Origin: Bacteroidia bacterium
GTDB lineage: Bacteria; Bacteroidota; Bacteroidia; NS11-12g; UBA955
Length of the DNA stretch: 55,561 nt
Direction: 5' to 3'
Assembly (NCBI GenBank): GCA_044360435.1
Contig: JBIKKI010000002.1
Coordinates: 1-55,561, forward strand
Shown here piece by piece: positions 27,148-36,589 of the stretch. A program made the translations under genes and the position numbers. The notes under the pieces were generated by a model. That model searched no databases. It saw only the letters and a program-made list of their open reading frames with translations, and had not been told where the DNA came from. Numbering within the stretch: the stretch's first letter is position 1; every line of letters starts with the position of its first letter.

Positions 27148-27226
27148 TATGATACAGTTGACCTTCCTTTGGCATTTACCTGTGCCCGGGAATTCTGTTT
27201 CTGCTTATATTGCAGTAGGTCAGGGC

Positions 27227-30190
27227 GTGAAAAAAATCCTATTAGTTTCCTGTGTGCTTGGGTTTGGAGTGTTTGGCGGGAAGTTGAATGCCCAGGAATT
27301 CCTGCACCAACACTTTACAACGGCCAATGGTCTTGCCAGCAACAAGGTGTATTCGGTATGCCAGGATAGTAAAGGTTATATCTGGATGGCCACAGACCGG
27401 GGCGCTGTTCGCTGGAACGGCCTGGAATTCAAAAGGTACAGCATAGACGATGGCCTGCCCGACAATGAAGTCCTGAACATTTTTGAGGATGCTGAAGGAA
27501 GAATCTGGGTGCTTTGCTTTGGAAAGAAGCCCGCCTGCATTGAACACGGGCAGGTGAATAACCGGGTTGATGCAGAGCTTACCGCCGGATTCCAACCCTC
27601 GGATTTGTACGATTACAACTTCCTGAATGAAAAGAATCAACATTGGTTTGCGTTTAAGAACGATTCCGGGCTGTTTCTGGTTGTAAGACCCGGCACCTCA
27701 GAGCGTTATCTGGTTCAAATGCCCCAATATCAGGAGAGTTTCCTCATCAATGATGTGGTGAAACACGGTGATGGATCGGTGGAGTTCCACCTTCCCGGAC
27801 AATTGGTTTATTTGAGGCCGAATACACGTATTCCTGATTTGATTTCTTTAGTGTTGCCCGGAGGAAGTCCATTTCAAGTGCTGCATAAGCGATTGAAATT
27901 CAGCTACCGAAATCATCATTTTACCATTTCAAAAGAAGGCTACCTGGTTGAATACAGTTTTCAACAGCAGAAGCCGGTACTGCATCAATTCAAGAAATTG
28001 CCCATTGAGGCCCGCAAATATTTTTTCAAGAATGGGAAACCCTTTCTGTACAATGCCGAGGGTGAAATATATGATTTACTGGAAGGTACTATTGTGCCTG
28101 ATTACTCCTTTTTGGCGGGAAAGGAAGCTCATGAGTTGTACCATGACCGCATGGGCAATCTGTGGGTAGCCACATTCAACGATGGCGTCTATTTGTATCC
28201 GGTGCACAGGTTGCCGTTTACCAGGAGTGATTTATTCAAAGATGCCATCACGCACCTGCGTTTCGGAACCAAACATCTTTTCGGAACGGAATACCACGGG
28301 CTTTATGTGCTGGATGAACAGCATCGGCTCCTTCGGCATTTCCCTGAACTTTCACGTCCGGTGCGGCTCAAATTGGCGGGAAACAAATGCCTGATTGCTT
28401 CAGATCAGGGGTTGTTTTCGTTGGATGCCGCACTCACAATGCGCAGGATAGGGCAGTTCCGCATTCTGAAAGATGTTCACTGGCATCGCGGTGATACGGC
28501 CTATGTGGCAACACACCGCTTTGCCTTCAGGGTCTTGCTCAGCACGGGTAAAACCGATACGTTGTACCACGGACGAACCACCAGCATCTGGTGCCGTCCA
28601 AACGGTCAGGTTTGGATAGGCGGACTGTCCGGAGTGCACACGCCCGGCAACGCTTTGGTTCCTGCTTCCGGCCTGGCCGATTCTTTGCTCCGTCTGGCAC
28701 GCATTACCGACATAACCGGCGACGCGCATGGAAGGGTATTTATTGCTACGAACAACCATGGATTGTTTGCCTGGCAAAGCGGTAGGATCGAGCAGGTTTC
28801 CACCTCAACGGCCAGCATTAGGCCCGACCGGCAGTTGACGCGATTGTATTCGGATGGACTGTACCTTTGGGTGCTCGGTCACAGCGGATTGCGCCGCATT
28901 CAAATGCCGGATCGAGGGTTCAGTCCGCTTGAAATCAGACAATATGGAGCAGTGCACGGCTTGCAATCCTGCATTTATTATGACATCAATGGAACGGCAC
29001 AAGAGGGAATTCCCGAACTGCTGACCGACCGCGGGCTTGCGCTCATCAACAAACAGGAGCCGCCACCTGAGCCTGAACTGGCTGCAGAGATTTACGGTAT
29101 CGGCAGAAAAGGGGTGTTTATTCCGGTATGGCGCTGGCAGGAACTCAATCCTGAGGAAAACGACCTGACCATACACTACAACGCCATTGCCGTTTTATCT
29201 GATCACCCGCTTGTATATGAATACCGCATCCCTTCCTTGGATTCACAGTGGATACAAACAGATGCCAATCAAGTGATCTTCAATGACCTGAAGCCCGGCC
29301 AGTATTTGTTTCAGGTGCGGGTGCGCTCAGGAAACCAAGTGTCTTTTCCAGTAGGCGCCAGTTTTTTCATCAGGCCGAACTGGTATCAGCATCCTGGGAT
29401 ACAATTGCTGCTTTCTGTCGCCGGGCTGATGGGGATATTAACCCTGATCGTGCTGTTGTTTAGGCGCTCGGCGCAAAAAATTCAAAAGGCCAATGAGGAA
29501 AGCCAAAAGCTCGCAGAATTGGAATTGCAGGCGCTGAGAAGCAGAATGAATCCCCATTTCGTGTTTAATGTGCTCACGGCCATTCAGAATTTCATCATGC
29601 AGGGAAGGGAACAGGAAGCGAATTACTACACGGCACAATTTGCACAACTGATCCGGCAAACTTTTCACGGATCCGCCAACAACTTCATCAGCCTGGCTGA
29701 AGAAATTCAACTGTTGAACAGCTATCTGGATCTTGAACGGATGCGCTTTGGGAACAGCCTGGATTATCGCCTGGAAGTAGATGCTTCACTGGCGGTGGAA
29801 CACATCAGCATTCCTTCCATGCTCATTCAACCTTTTCTGGAGAATGCCATCAACCATGGCATCCGTTCGTTGAACAAGAAAGAAGGAACGTTGTTTGTCA
29901 GGATAAAGCAAACGGGAAAATCCCTGATGCGCATAGAGGTTGAAGATAATGGTATTGGCATTCTCGAATCCCAGCAAAAGAAAAAAACACAGAAGCGTGC
30001 AACAACCCATAGAAGTGAAGGGATGAGTCTTACCCAAAACAGAATAGATCTGATGAACCGAAGTTATCGAACCAACATCCACCTGAGCATTCAGGATTTG
30101 AGTCTCACCGGAGGCCGTGGAACCTTGGTGTGTATCGATCTGCCCATCCAGCAACGGCTTGAAGGTACGACCAATCATAAGTTGAAATGA
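27227..30190 (+). CDS. Sensor histidine kinase, LytS/YehU-type, with a large periplasmic propeller/Y_Y_Y-like sensor
   Basis: The N-terminal signal/TM is KKILLVSCVLGFGVFGG. Repeats of the form GYIWMATDRGA, GRIWVL and GNLWVATFNDGVYLY are present. There is a TM at GIQLLLSVAGLMGILTLIVLLF. The His-kinase motif is LRSRMNPHFVFNVL, followed by an ATPase domain (DNGIGI). The start is uncertain: GTG 27227 is chosen, the in-frame ATG at 27149 is possible, and the track start 27062 overlaps the E1 gene. Confidence 0.85.
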   Translation: MKKILLVSCVLGFGVFGGKLNAQEFLHQHFTTANGLASNKVYSVCQDSKGYIWMATDRGAVRWNGLEFKRYSIDDGLPDNEVLNIFEDAEGRIWVLCFGKKPACIEHGQVNNRVDAELTAGFQPSDLYDYNFLNEKNQHWFAFKNDSGLFLVVRPGTSERYLVQMPQYQESFLINDVVKHGDGSVEFHLPGQLVYLRPNTRIPDLISLVLPGGSPFQVLHKRLKFSYRNHHFTISKEGYLVEYSFQQQKPVLHQFKKLPIEARKYFFKNGKPFLYNAEGEIYDLLEGTIVPDYSFLAGKEAHELYHDRMGNLWVATFNDGVYLYPVHRLPFTRSDLFKDAITHLRFGTKHLFGTEYHGLYVLDEQHRLLRHFPELSRPVRLKLAGNKCLIASDQGLFSLDAALTMRRIGQFRILKDVHWHRGDTAYVATHRFAFRVLLSTGKTDTLYHGRTTSIWCRPNGQVWIGGLSGVHTPGNALVPASGLADSLLRLARITDITGDAHGRVFIATNNHGLFAWQSGRIEQVSTSTASIRPDRQLTRLYSDGLYLWVLGHSGLRRIQMPDRGFSPLEIRQYGAVHGLQSCIYYDINGTAQEGIPELLTDRGLALINKQEPPPEPELAAEIYGIGRKGVFIPVWRWQELNPEENDLTIHYNAIAVLSDHPLVYEYRIPSLDSQWIQTDANQVIFNDLKPGQYLFQVRVRSGNQVSFPVGASFFIRPNWYQHPGIQLLLSVAGLMGILTLIVLLFRRSAQKIQKANEESQKLAELELQALRSRMNPHFVFNVLTAIQNFIMQGREQEANYYTAQFAQLIRQTFHGSANNFISLAEEIQLLNSYLDLERMRFGNSLDYRLEVDASLAVEHISIPSMLIQPFLENAINHGIRSLNKKEGTLFVRIKQTGKSLMRIEVEDNGIGILESQQKKKTQKRATTHRSEGMSLTQNRIDLMNRSYRTNIHLSIQDLSLTGGRGTLVCIDLPIQQRLEGTTNHKLK

Positions 30191-30921
30191 TGCGTGCTCT
30201 GGTTGTTGATGATGAACGCGCCAGCAGGGAACTGCTGAAGCACTTTATTTCCCGCTATTGCGAGGGTATCGAATTTACCGAGGATGCAGAAGATGTGGAT
30301 GGCGCCTACCGCATCATCATGGAGCATGCGCCCGATTTGGTGTTCCTGGATATTTCCCTTCCGGGGAAGGATGGGTTTGAATTGCTGAAGATGTTCAAGG
30401 AACCGCCATTTGAAGTCATTTTCGTGACCGCCTATTCTGAATACGCCATTGCTGCTTTGCGGATGTCAGCCTGTGATTATCTCCTTAAACCCATCGACAT
30501 CAATGAATTGCAAATGGCCGTGAACAGGGCAAAAGAACGCATCATGCGTAATGACCCGGTGAGCAGCCTGCGCGAATTGTTCCAAACACTTACCGGTAAA
30601 GGGCCCAAGCGGATTGCCCTCGCACATGCGCAAGGTTATACCGTTGTTACCAGCAACGAAATTTTACGCCTGGAGTCCGATGGGCGTTATACTTGGGTGC
30701 ACCTGGAAGACGGAAGACGTATTCTTGTTTCTAAAACACTCAGGGATTTCGAGGGTACGTTGGAAGACGCTGAATTCATGCGCATCCACAATCGGCACAT
30801 CATCAACCTGAATTTTGTGCGGAGCTTCGACAGAAAAGGTCTGCTCCTGATGGCCGATGGCTCCGAAGTGGAAGTTTCCAAGCGCAAGAAAGAGGAACTT
30901 TTAAAGCGACTTGGTATTTAA
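30187..30921 (+). CDS. LytTR/AlgR-family response regulator
   Basis: The receiver domain reads LVVDDE...PDLVFLDISLPGKDGFELL..., with a C-terminal LytTR DNA-binding domain. Its start overlaps the kinase stop (ATGA). Confidence 0.93.
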   Translation: MMRALVVDDERASRELLKHFISRYCEGIEFTEDAEDVDGAYRIIMEHAPDLVFLDISLPGKDGFELLKMFKEPPFEVIFVTAYSEYAIAALRMSACDYLLKPIDINELQMAVNRAKERIMRNDPVSSLRELFQTLTGKGPKRIALAHAQGYTVVTSNEILRLESDGRYTWVHLEDGRRILVSKTLRDFEGTLEDAEFMRIHNRHIINLNFVRSFDRKGLLLMADGSEVEVSKRKKEELLKRLGI

Positions 30922-31072
30922 CGCTTATGTCGCGTTTTGGGCTATCCAGAACATGAAGCAACTGTTTAGGAACATTGGCTGAAAAGAGCCATTCTTTGGG
31001 TACATTATTGTTGGCTTTTTCTGAACTAGGCCCAATTCTAAAGTAGCCCTTGAAATTTCCATTTGTTATGAA

Positions 31073-31103
31073 GAAATGAGCCGGTTCCCCACCGGCTCAT
31101 TTC
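31073..31103. terminator. Strong hairpin (13-bp perfect stem) between the convergent response regulator and argS genes; probable terminator
   Basis: The stem is gaaatgagccggt / accggctcatttc with loop tcccc, 40 nt downstream of the argS stop. Neither side has a clear U-tract, so terminator function is uncertain. Confidence 0.5.
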
Positions 31104-31142
31104 ATGTACGGGTGTTTGAATTCAACCGCGTTTGCACGCTGC

Positions 31143-32921
31143 TTACATCTGTTCCGGGCAGTCGATTCCCAGCAAGGTCATCCCCTGTCGGATGGCCGTG
31201 GCCGTGGCCTGAATGATGCAGAGCCTGAGCTGGCGCGTATGTTGATCCGGCTCTTTCAGGATGGGCAATTCATTGTACATGCGGTTGAATGCCCGGGCTG
31301 TGCCAATGCACCATTGTGCAATGATGGAAGGATCCATTTGTGTTCCGGCGGCAGCCACCACATCGCGGAAGCCATACAGTTGACGGATGATGTTTCGCTC
31401 CAAAGGATGCAGTGCCTGCATCTGTGCCGGGAATTCGGTTGCCTCGCTCAGGTTGCGCTGCATGGAGCGGATACGCGCATAGGTGTATTGCACAAATGGC
31501 CCTGTATCTCCCTGAAAGTCGATACTCTCCTCAGGATTGAACAACATCCGCTTTTTGGGGTCAACCTTCAGTATAAAAAATTTCAGGGCTGCCAATCCCA
31601 GGGTCTCATATAGTTCCTGCAGCGCCTCAGGACTGAATCCTTCGGTTTTGCCCAACTCTTCTGTTTTGTGCCGGGCGGCGTCCACCATGTCGGCAATCAG
31701 GTCGTCGGCATCCACCACGGTGCCTTCACGACTTTTCATCTTGCCGCTGGGCAAATCCACCATGCCGTAACTCAGGTGGTAAATGCCTGATGCGTACGGT
31801 TTGCCCAGTTTCTCCATAATGCACTTGAGCACTTTGAAATGATAATCCTGCTCATTGCCAACCACGTAGATGCTGCGGCTGATCCCAAATTCATCGGCTT
31901 TCAGCTGCGCGGTTCCAATATCCTGGGTAATGTACACGCTGGTGCCATCGCTGCGCAGCACCAGTTTTTGGTCAAGTCCTTCGGCGTTCAGGTCAATCCA
32001 GACGCTGCCGTCGTCTTTACGGTAGAATACGCCTTGTTCCAGACCTTCCTGAATCAGGTCTTTACCGAGCGTATACGTGTCTGATTCATAATAGTACTTG
32101 TCGAAGTTCACCCCAAGCCGAGCGTAGGTGCTGTTGAAGCCTTCGTACACCCATCCATTCATGGTGCGCCACAGCTGCAACACGGCTTCATCGCCGGCTT
32201 CCCAGCGCCTCAGCAGTTCCTGCGCCTCCAGGATGAGCGGAGCCTGCTTCGAAGCCTCTTCTTCGCTCATGCCGGATGCCATTAAATGCTTCACTTCCTC
32301 TTTGAAGTGCACGTCGAACAGCACATAATATTTTCCGGCCAGGTGGTCGCCTTTGATTCCGGCGCTTTGCGGGGTTTCGCCCTGTCCGTATTTCTGCCAG
32401 GCCAGCATGCTCTTGCAGATGTGTATGCCTCGGTCGTTGATCAGGTTGGCCTTTACTACATCATAACCATTGTATTTCAGCAGTTCTGATACGCTCCATC
32501 CAAGCAGAATATTCCGAACATGTCCTAAATGCAAGGGTTTGTTGGTATTGGGCGAAGAATATTCCACCATCACCTTCACGCCTTTGCCCTCAATGCCTTT
32601 GCCAGGTTCAGTTGCATTCCATTGATTGCGCAGGAAACCGGTCCATACCGCATCCTGAAGTTCCAGGTTCAGAAAACCCTTCACCACATGGAAGGCCGCG
32701 ACATCGGCCACATGTTCCTTCAGGTAATTGCCGATGGCAGCAGCGCAGGCATCCGGACTTTGCTTCATCAGCTTGGCCAGTGGAAATACCAAAACAGTAT
32801 AATCTCCGGGGAAATCGGGGTTGGTTTGTTCGATGCGAATGCTTGATGCAGCTACCTCGTTGCCGGAAAGCTGTTTCACGGCCAATGCCACCTGTTCCCT
32901 CAGCGATTGTTCCAAAAACAT
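31143..32921 (-). CDS. argS: Arginine--tRNA ligase
   Basis: The class I HIGH-type motif reads SSPNTNKPLHLGHVRN. The body is ArgS-like, including the C-terminal anticodon-binding DALR region. The start is set at MFLEQSLREQ (32921). The track ORF's 95-aa extension overlaps the divergent MBOAT gene and both promoter boxes. Confidence 0.95.
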   Translation of the reverse strand: MFLEQSLREQVALAVKQLSGNEVAASSIRIEQTNPDFPGDYTVLVFPLAKLMKQSPDACAAAIGNYLKEHVADVAAFHVVKGFLNLELQDAVWTGFLRNQWNATEPGKGIEGKGVKVMVEYSSPNTNKPLHLGHVRNILLGWSVSELLKYNGYDVVKANLINDRGIHICKSMLAWQKYGQGETPQSAGIKGDHLAGKYYVLFDVHFKEEVKHLMASGMSEEEASKQAPLILEAQELLRRWEAGDEAVLQLWRTMNGWVYEGFNSTYARLGVNFDKYYYESDTYTLGKDLIQEGLEQGVFYRKDDGSVWIDLNAEGLDQKLVLRSDGTSVYITQDIGTAQLKADEFGISRSIYVVGNEQDYHFKVLKCIMEKLGKPYASGIYHLSYGMVDLPSGKMKSREGTVVDADDLIADMVDAARHKTEELGKTEGFSPEALQELYETLGLAALKFFILKVDPKKRMLFNPEESIDFQGDTGPFVQYTYARIRSMQRNLSEATEFPAQMQALHPLERNIIRQLYGFRDVVAAAGTQMDPSIIAQWCIGTARAFNRMYNELPILKEPDQHTRQLRLCIIQATATAIRQGMTLLGIDCPEQM

Positions 32922-32925
32922 GGGG

Positions 32926-32933
32926 CAAAGATA
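32926..32933 (-). promoter_or_regulatory. Candidate -7 box (TATCTTTG) for argS
   Basis: The minus strand reads TATCTTTG-CCCC-ATG, a perfect TAnnTTTG match 4 nt before the start codon. Confidence 0.45.
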
Positions 32934-32983
32934 AACGGCAGGGCGGCAGCGGAAACCTGCAGTTTTTGATCCTCCTGAGTTCT

Positions 32984-32991
32984 TATTTTTG
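32984..32991 (+). promoter_or_regulatory. Candidate -7 box (TATTTTTG) for the MBOAT operon
   Basis: This is a perfect TAnnTTTG match 17 nt upstream of the GTG start at 33009. Confidence 0.45.
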
Positions 32992-33008
32992 CCCCCAAAC
33001 AAAGCCGG

Positions 33009-34415
33009 GTGCTGTTCAATTCCATTCCCTTTCTGTTTTTTCTGCCGCTGGTTTGGGCCATTTACTTCCTGCTGCCCATGCGCTTTCGCTGGATTTGGAT
33101 GCTGGGCTCCAGCTATTTCTTCTACGGCTACTGGAAGTTTGAATTCGTGTTCCTCATGGCGTTTACCAGTTTGGTGGACTGGTATTGCGCGCGTGGCATC
33201 AAACACAGTACCGATGAACGACGGCGGAAATGGTTGTTGTGGACTTCAATCCTGAGCAACCTGCTGATCCTGTTCTTCTTCAAATACTTTAATTTTTTCT
33301 TCGGAAACTCAGAACTGGCGCGCTGGCTGTACCGTCAAGAAATTGCAGCATGGGCTGTTGAGCTGGCCCGCTATACCATTCCCGCAGGTATCAGTTTCTA
33401 TACCTTTCAAAGCATCAGCTATGTGGTCGATGTGTATCGCGGGAACGATCAGGCCGAGCGCAGTTTGCCGCGCTTCATGTTGTTCGTTTCCTTTTTCCCG
33501 CAACTGGTGGCTGGTCCGATTGAGCGCTTTTCCAACCTGCAAAACCAATTATTTGCGGCACAACAGGTGCAGTACCAAAACCTGCGCTACGGATTCCGCC
33601 TTCTGTTGTATGGCTTGTTCCTGAAGATTTGCGTTGCCGACAATCTGGCTGCCGTGGCCGACCAGTTTTACGGAGCGCACCGCTTGTACAATACTGCAGC
33701 TGCCTGGACTGCCGCCGCGGCTTTTTGTGTGCAGGTGTATGCAGATTTCTTCGGCTATTCGCTCATGGCGCAGGGCGCGGCGCGGCTGTTCGGCATTGAC
33801 CTGATGGACAATTTCCTCAAGCCATTCCTGGGAAGAAATATTCCCGAATTTTGGCAGCGCTGGCATATTTCCCTCTCAACCTGGTTTCGCGATTATTTGT
33901 ATATCCCGTTGGGTGGAAGTAAGAAAGGAACTTCAAAAATGCTGATGAATGTAATGCTCGTGTTCTTGGTGAGCGGGCTGTGGCATGGCGCCAACTGGAC
34001 GATGATTCTGTTTGGTGCAGCCCAGGGTGTGTTTTACTGGATGGATTATTTCTTCTTCAAGAAGGCGAACCAGGCCACCGGCTGGTATGCCTGGTTCAGC
34101 AGGATGAAAACGGTGTTTATCTTCATGCTTACGCTGGTGTTTTTTCGTTCGGTAAGCCTGCCTCAAAGTACCGAGGTGTATCGCATGCTGTTCGCAGGCG
34201 CTGCAGGAACTGCCGGCTTGAGTATTCCGGCCATGACCTCGTTCATGGTGGTGCTTTTTTTGGTGTTGGACCTTGGGCTCACCCGCAAGCGCTTTGATCT
34301 TTGGATGGATGATTTTCCCTGGTATACGCGCTGGGCGACTTACAGCAGTTTTTGCTGCCTCATCTGGATGTTCGGCGGAACCGTAAATCACCCCTTCGTT
34401 TATTTCCAGTTCTGA
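33009..34415 (+). CDS. MBOAT-family membrane-bound O-acyltransferase (AlgI/DltB-like)
   Basis: The N-terminus MLFNSIPFLFFLPLV is typical for the family. The protein is polytopic. Conserved segments include ISFYTFQSISYVVDVYRG and the catalytic-His region FWQRWHISLSTWFRDYLYIPLGG. Confidence 0.9.
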   Translation: MLFNSIPFLFFLPLVWAIYFLLPMRFRWIWMLGSSYFFYGYWKFEFVFLMAFTSLVDWYCARGIKHSTDERRRKWLLWTSILSNLLILFFFKYFNFFFGNSELARWLYRQEIAAWAVELARYTIPAGISFYTFQSISYVVDVYRGNDQAERSLPRFMLFVSFFPQLVAGPIERFSNLQNQLFAAQQVQYQNLRYGFRLLLYGLFLKICVADNLAAVADQFYGAHRLYNTAAAWTAAAAFCVQVYADFFGYSLMAQGAARLFGIDLMDNFLKPFLGRNIPEFWQRWHISLSTWFRDYLYIPLGGSKKGTSKMLMNVMLVFLVSGLWHGANWTMILFGAAQGVFYWMDYFFFKKANQATGWYAWFSRMKTVFIFMLTLVFFRSVSLPQSTEVYRMLFAGAAGTAGLSIPAMTSFMVVLFLVLDLGLTRKRFDLWMDDFPWYTRWATYSSFCCLIWMFGGTVNHPFVYFQF

Positions 34416-35524
34416 TGCGTATCCTGAAACAGATTTTGCCCCGCTTCTTTTTTGTTGTGTTGCTGTTCCTGTTGTGCAACTTCTTCTACGCCCGCTATTT
34501 CTGGCCCGATGAACTGAAAAAACACGCGCCCCTGGTGATGCAGGTGGTGAACAGGTCCGATTCCGCAGATGTGCTCTATTTCGGCGAGTCCAGCAATACC
34601 AGCTTCAATCCCTTTACCGATACGCTGACCCAAAGTATTTCCCAGTTTCTGCAAGGGTATCTGCCTGATCGCCGTGTGCATGACATCACCCATTCAGGGT
34701 ATCATTCAGGCATGTTTCTGGCGCTGATGGAACTGATTCCTGAAACTGCACCCGTGCGCACCATCGTGGTCACCATGAACCTGCGCAACTGCGGCCCGGC
34801 AGCCATTCATACCACACTCGAACCGTACATGCAGAAGCAAAAGGTGTATTACAGCAATCGCATGCCTTTGCTTTCACGCCTGTTCCTGAGCATGAAGTAC
34901 TACGACAACCGCGACAGCATGGAACGAGAGCGTTTGAAGTTCCGTGCCTGGCGTACGGAAGACATCCGTTATCCGGGTATGAAGCACGCATATCCCAACG
35001 CACGCGCCTGGTACGACGCTGAAAAGTACGCTGACGAGCAAGGGGCTAACCGCCGCAAGCGCATCCTGGCCGACGATTACATTAAGGCATTTGCTTTTGT
35101 GCTGAATGCAGCCAATCCGCGCATCGCCGATTTTGATGCTATGGTCGTGCTGGCAGCACAACGTGGCTGGAAATTGGTGTTCAATCTGGTTCCTGAAAAC
35201 ATGGAATATGCCGATTCGCTCCTTGGCGAAGCCATGACGGCGCAAATCCGGCACAACCGCGATTTTCTGGTGCAGCGCTACCACGGGCACGGTGCCGTGG
35301 TGGTGGATAATCTTGAAGTGGCACGCGGTGCAGAGTTTACCGATCAGTTCTGGACAACCGAACACGTAAACGGTCGGGTGCGGCAGGTCTGTGCCCGAAA
35401 TGTGGCCCAAACGATTTTGGGTAAAGCGCCAACGGAACTTCTGCTCCAACAGAACAACTGGCCGAATCCGGCGGTTCTTCAGCCTATGGCTGACACCCTG
35501 CTCGGCATCGTACCGCTGCGCTGA
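34415..35524 (+). CDS. Membrane-anchored partner of the MBOAT protein (possible SGNH/DltD/AlgJ-like acyl-transfer accessory protein)
   Basis: Its start overlaps the MBOAT stop (TGATG). It has an N-terminal TM (FFFVVLLFLLCNFFY). The early block DVLYFGESSN resembles SGNH block I and the DltD GSSE motif. The functional call is inferred from the pairing. Confidence 0.45.
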   Translation: MRILKQILPRFFFVVLLFLLCNFFYARYFWPDELKKHAPLVMQVVNRSDSADVLYFGESSNTSFNPFTDTLTQSISQFLQGYLPDRRVHDITHSGYHSGMFLALMELIPETAPVRTIVVTMNLRNCGPAAIHTTLEPYMQKQKVYYSNRMPLLSRLFLSMKYYDNRDSMERERLKFRAWRTEDIRYPGMKHAYPNARAWYDAEKYADEQGANRRKRILADDYIKAFAFVLNAANPRIADFDAMVVLAAQRGWKLVFNLVPENMEYADSLLGEAMTAQIRHNRDFLVQRYHGHGAVVVDNLEVARGAEFTDQFWTTEHVNGRVRQVCARNVAQTILGKAPTELLLQQNNWPNPAVLQPMADTLLGIVPLR

Positions 35525-36529
35525 TCAGCGTTGTTTCAGACTTTCTGGTCCGTGTTTCCGGTTCGCGGTGATGTTGCCAATGTCCCAAATCACCGTTCCG
35601 CTTTGCGGCAGTTTTCTTTCAGAACAATCTGAAATTCCACAAACGGCACAGCTGTCGGGCAGGCAGCCATCGGTATGTACAAACATCTCCACGCTGGTGC
35701 CGAAATGTTCGCGCACTTTGGCGTTGAGTTGTTCCACCACTTCATGGGCCTGATGCACGTTGAAATACCAGGGCACGGTGAGGTGTGCATCTACGTGATA
35801 CACGCTGCCGTAGCGGATGATGCGCAGGTTGTGCAGGTCAATCCAGTTCTGTTGCCTGTGTTCGTTCAGCGTCTTAATCAGCTCTTTCAGCACTTCATCG
35901 TCGGCTTCGTCCATAATACCGGTAACGGCTTTTCTGATGATGCTGTAACCGGTTCGCAGCAACAGGAGTGCAAGGAGGAGGGCCACCACGCTGTCAATCC
36001 ATTCGAGGCCGGTGAGCTGAATCAGCAGCAGCCCGACGATGATACCCATGGTTGTCCATGTATCGCTTTGCAGGTGCTTGCCTCCGGAAACCAATACCGG
36101 TGAATGATTGTATCGGCCCTGCCGGATGGAATACCAGCCCAGCAGGTAATTGGCTGCAGCAGCAAACGCAATGATGAACAAGCCAGTGCCCGTTTCACGC
36201 AGCGGATGGCCGTGGATGAAGTTGAGTATGGCTTCATAGATTATGCCCAGTGCGGCGAGGATGATCATGGTTCCTTCGGCTCCGGAGCTGAGGAATTCAA
36301 TCTTGCCGTGTCCGTAAGGATGGTTGCGGTCGGCAGGCTGTGAAGAAAGATACAAGGCATACAGGCTTAAGGCTGCAGCGATGATATTCACAGTGCTTTC
36401 CAAGGCATCGCTGAGTACCGCCACAGAACCAGTCACGTACCAGGCCGCCAGTTTCAGCAGAAAAAGGAAGATGCCCGCCAACAGCAGGATTCCCTGCAGC
36501 CTGAAATTCTGTGCTGCCTGTGTATTCAT
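35525..36529 (-). CDS. Cation diffusion facilitator (CDF) family metal efflux transporter
   Basis: It has six TMs. Segments [13 protein letters not shown] and [20 protein letters not shown] match the family, and there is a C-terminal cytoplasmic domain. It also has an extra Cys-rich tail, [14 protein letters not shown]. Confidence 0.9.
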   Translation of the reverse strand: MNTQAAQNFRLQGILLLAGIFLFLLKLAAWYVTGSVAVLSDALESTVNIIAAALSLYALYLSSQPADRNHPYGHGKIEFLSSGAEGTMIILAALGIIYEAILNFIHGHPLRETGTGLFIIAFAAAANYLLGWYSIRQGRYNHSPVLVSGGKHLQSDTWTTMGIIVGLLLIQLTGLEWIDSVVALLLALLLLRTGYSIIRKAVTGIMDEADDEVLKELIKTLNEHRQQNWIDLHNLRIIRYGSVYHVDAHLTVPWYFNVHQAHEVVEQLNAKVREHFGTSVEMFVHTDGCLPDSCAVCGISDCSERKLPQSGTVIWDIGNITANRKHGPESLKQR

Positions 36530-36536
36530 GCCGGTT

Positions 36537-36544
36537 CAAAAATA
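36537..36544 (-). promoter_or_regulatory. Candidate -7 box (TATTTTTG) for the CDF transporter gene
   Basis: The minus strand reads TATTTTTG-AACCGGC-ATG, a perfect match 7 nt before the start codon. Confidence 0.45.
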
Positions 36545-36589
36545 GAAACAGGGGCGGGAATCCATGGCCGTTTGCGGATATTTGCGGCA

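Noticed and set aside
32922-33206. A 95-aa N-terminal extension of the argS ORF in the track
   Set aside because: The extension overlaps the divergent MBOAT gene and both promoter boxes. ArgS homology begins at MFLEQSLREQ (start 32921). Similar trimming was applied to dnaK, fsa, usp, the WG-repeat gene, the GIY-YIG gene, the ABC ATPase, the kinase and the 48011 gene.
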